Source: the human T2T-CHM13v2.0 reference genome, Homo sapiens
Reading direction: 5' to 3' (one strand)
DNA length: 64,000 bases
NCBI RefSeq assembly: GCF_009914755.1
Contig: NC_060928.1
The notes under the pieces were generated by a model. That model ran no database searches and was not told the DNA's origin. It worked only from the letters and a program-made list of their open reading frames with translations. The position numbers and the translations under genes were made by a program. Numbering within the stretch: position 1 is the stretch's first letter; the number at the start of each line of letters is the position of its first letter. Of this stretch, positions 62,330-64,000 are shown piece after piece.

Positions 62330-62625
62330 CACTCAAATGATGCAACCCAAGAGTGTGGAAGAGGCTGGCGGATGGGCTGTCACGTCTGGCTGATCTGATG
62401 TCAGAGCAGATCATGTGGTGCTCTGTGGGCAGCTGGGACTGGCCCGCCGAAAGCACATGGATTACAGTCTGAGGCTGTAATGGGAAAGTCGGTTCCTGGG
62501 CTGCTGTCTCATAGACATCAGCTTGCAGGGAAGCTGGGGGCTCTCCGAATTGCCCTGCTCCGGGGCCCCTCCTGCTGCGTGACTCACAGGCACATTGCAG
62601 AGAGAAGCTGCCGCTCCCAGTAAGT
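62330..62625 (+). promoter_or_regulatory. ANK2: Promoter-like region and putative non-coding first exon (about 62439-62619), probably an upstream alternative first exon of ankyrin-2
   Basis: Repeat-free with a local rise in GC and CpG; CRE-like TGATGTCA, ACGTG and AP-1 TGACTCA (62580-62586); 5' splice site CCA|GTAAGT at 62620. The gene identity and exon start come from recalled spacing (about 30 kb from RPL7AP30) and are not provable from this window. Confidence 0.55.
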
Positions 62626-64000
62626 GCTTAAAGAAGGTCTTTATTCAGAGCATTTTGGAAGCGGGGAGGAAGTGTTTGTGTTGATAGGGGGTGCTGGAAG
62701 CCTTTGTAAAACCCCCTCCTTGGGTCTGGGCTGGGCAGCGGCGCTTTCCATGCCATTCTGGAGTTCAAAGGCAGCGCTGATGTGCAAATGTTCCCCAGCC
62801 CTGGTTTTGGTTTGTTCTCCATGTGATGTGTTTTTCTGATTTGCATTTTCTCTTTCTGTAATCGTAGGGCAGATTTTTAAGATCTGGTTAAAGTGAATTG
62901 ATTTATTTGAGATTCCCAGCCCCAGAGTGGACTTGGTGTTCCCTGTATGATAAGCAGGGAGAGGGGCAAGAGGGTGGTGGCTCTTTTGGTCAGAATACTG
63001 CTTGTGTTAAGACACTGGCTGTGTCTGTGCCGGAGAAAGTGGTTGCCACCCCTTCTCTGCATTGGGTGAGTAGGTGGTGTGAGAGAAAGCGGGGGTGAAC
63101 CAGCAGTAAAGAGATTTAATTAGTTTTTGGTAAACAGCAGTGCTATTAGTATGTTGCCTTTTTTTATGGTCAAAATTTATATTAAATAGTGTCAGCTGGC
63201 AGAACAGGTGCTGGCAGTAGAAGAATGATGGAGTTCTTTCTCCCTTTCCCAGCTAGTGAATTGTCTTTCCTGCATCGAAAGCCCAATTAAGGAGTAGAGA
63301 GAAATGTAACAGATACAGATTTCTGAGCAGTGTTTTTTTGTTTGTTTGTTTGTTCTTTGGCTTGGTTTTTATTTTTTATTCCTAAAAAGCACCACATTCC
63401 CACACTCATGCATCAGGAATGATTCTCACCTCGACGATGTCTTAGGTGTGGCCTTTTTGGAGAGCAAAGGAATAAATTCAATAACATCTTTCTCTTCCTC
63501 CTGAGCATATAACATTAAGTTTGCTTTAGAGACTGAAAATAAATGTGTGTGGTTGGAAGGAGATATAAAGGGGAATTTAGAAGAACAGATTGTTTATTTG
63601 CCCTGGCACTTTTCTGTGAACACTTGATAGAGTTCTAGGTCAAGGTGTATGGTGTCCCCTTGAGGGATAATAGGCAAATAATTAGGCTATGTCTTTAAGC
63701 ATTGGAAAATCTTTATTTTTTAAAGGAAGAGAACCTAGTCTTTTCTATGAATCTCTGCACAAACCAGAGACTTTGGGGCCAAACACTGATTCCAGAAACA
63801 CTTAGGCATTGAAGAAACTTTTGGGTGAGAAAGATGATGGTATGAATGCAAAGAAAATATGCTTAGATGAGTTTTGTCCTTTTTTTTTAGCCTTTTGCAG
63901 TATATGGTTTAAGTCACAGAACAACAAACAACAGAAGAGAGCATGCCCCACCCAGTGTTGTGAACATGGATGATTCCCCTCCCATTCTATTCCACTGAAC

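Noticed and set aside
62683-62765. REST/RE1 element near the putative neuronal promoter
   Set aside because: Only isolated half-site-like pieces (GGAAAGCGCC and CCAGCACC on the minus strand) in the wrong order and spacing.

Overview
Primate, almost certainly human, genomic DNA that is very Alu-dense (about 70 Alu copies or fragments by manual count, roughly 50 on the minus strand and 20 on the plus). I find no intact protein-coding exon, and nearly all ORFs in the supplied track are Alu- or LINE-derived artefacts. Recognisable content: the 5' end of an LTR7B (HERV-H) LTR, a Y3 RNA pseudogene, a 3'-truncated U2 snRNA pseudogene, a disabled RPL7A processed pseudogene (32380-33256, -), an old disabled eIF2-gamma (EIF2S3-family) processed pseudogene (about 41010-43199, -) nested in an L1MB, and many MaLR/ERV LTRs, L1/L2/CR1 fragments and hAT MITEs. 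There are also strong CTCF motifs and, near 62.4-62.6 kb, a promoter-like region with a plus-strand exon ending at a GTAAGT donor. From memory of the human annotation (not verified here), an RPL7A pseudogene about 30 kb upstream of a non-coding first exon fits RPL7AP30 and an upstream first exon of ANK2 on 4q25. I see no wholly new biological system. The best leads are: (i) the eIF2-gamma retrocopy may be a fossil of EIF2S3Y, a Y gene lost in simians, and carries a foreign 5' segment; (ii) the putative first exon has overlapping stop-start (TAATG) uORFs with a hairpin; (iii) one L1 endonuclease target was used twice, leaving three copies of the target-site duplication (TSD).
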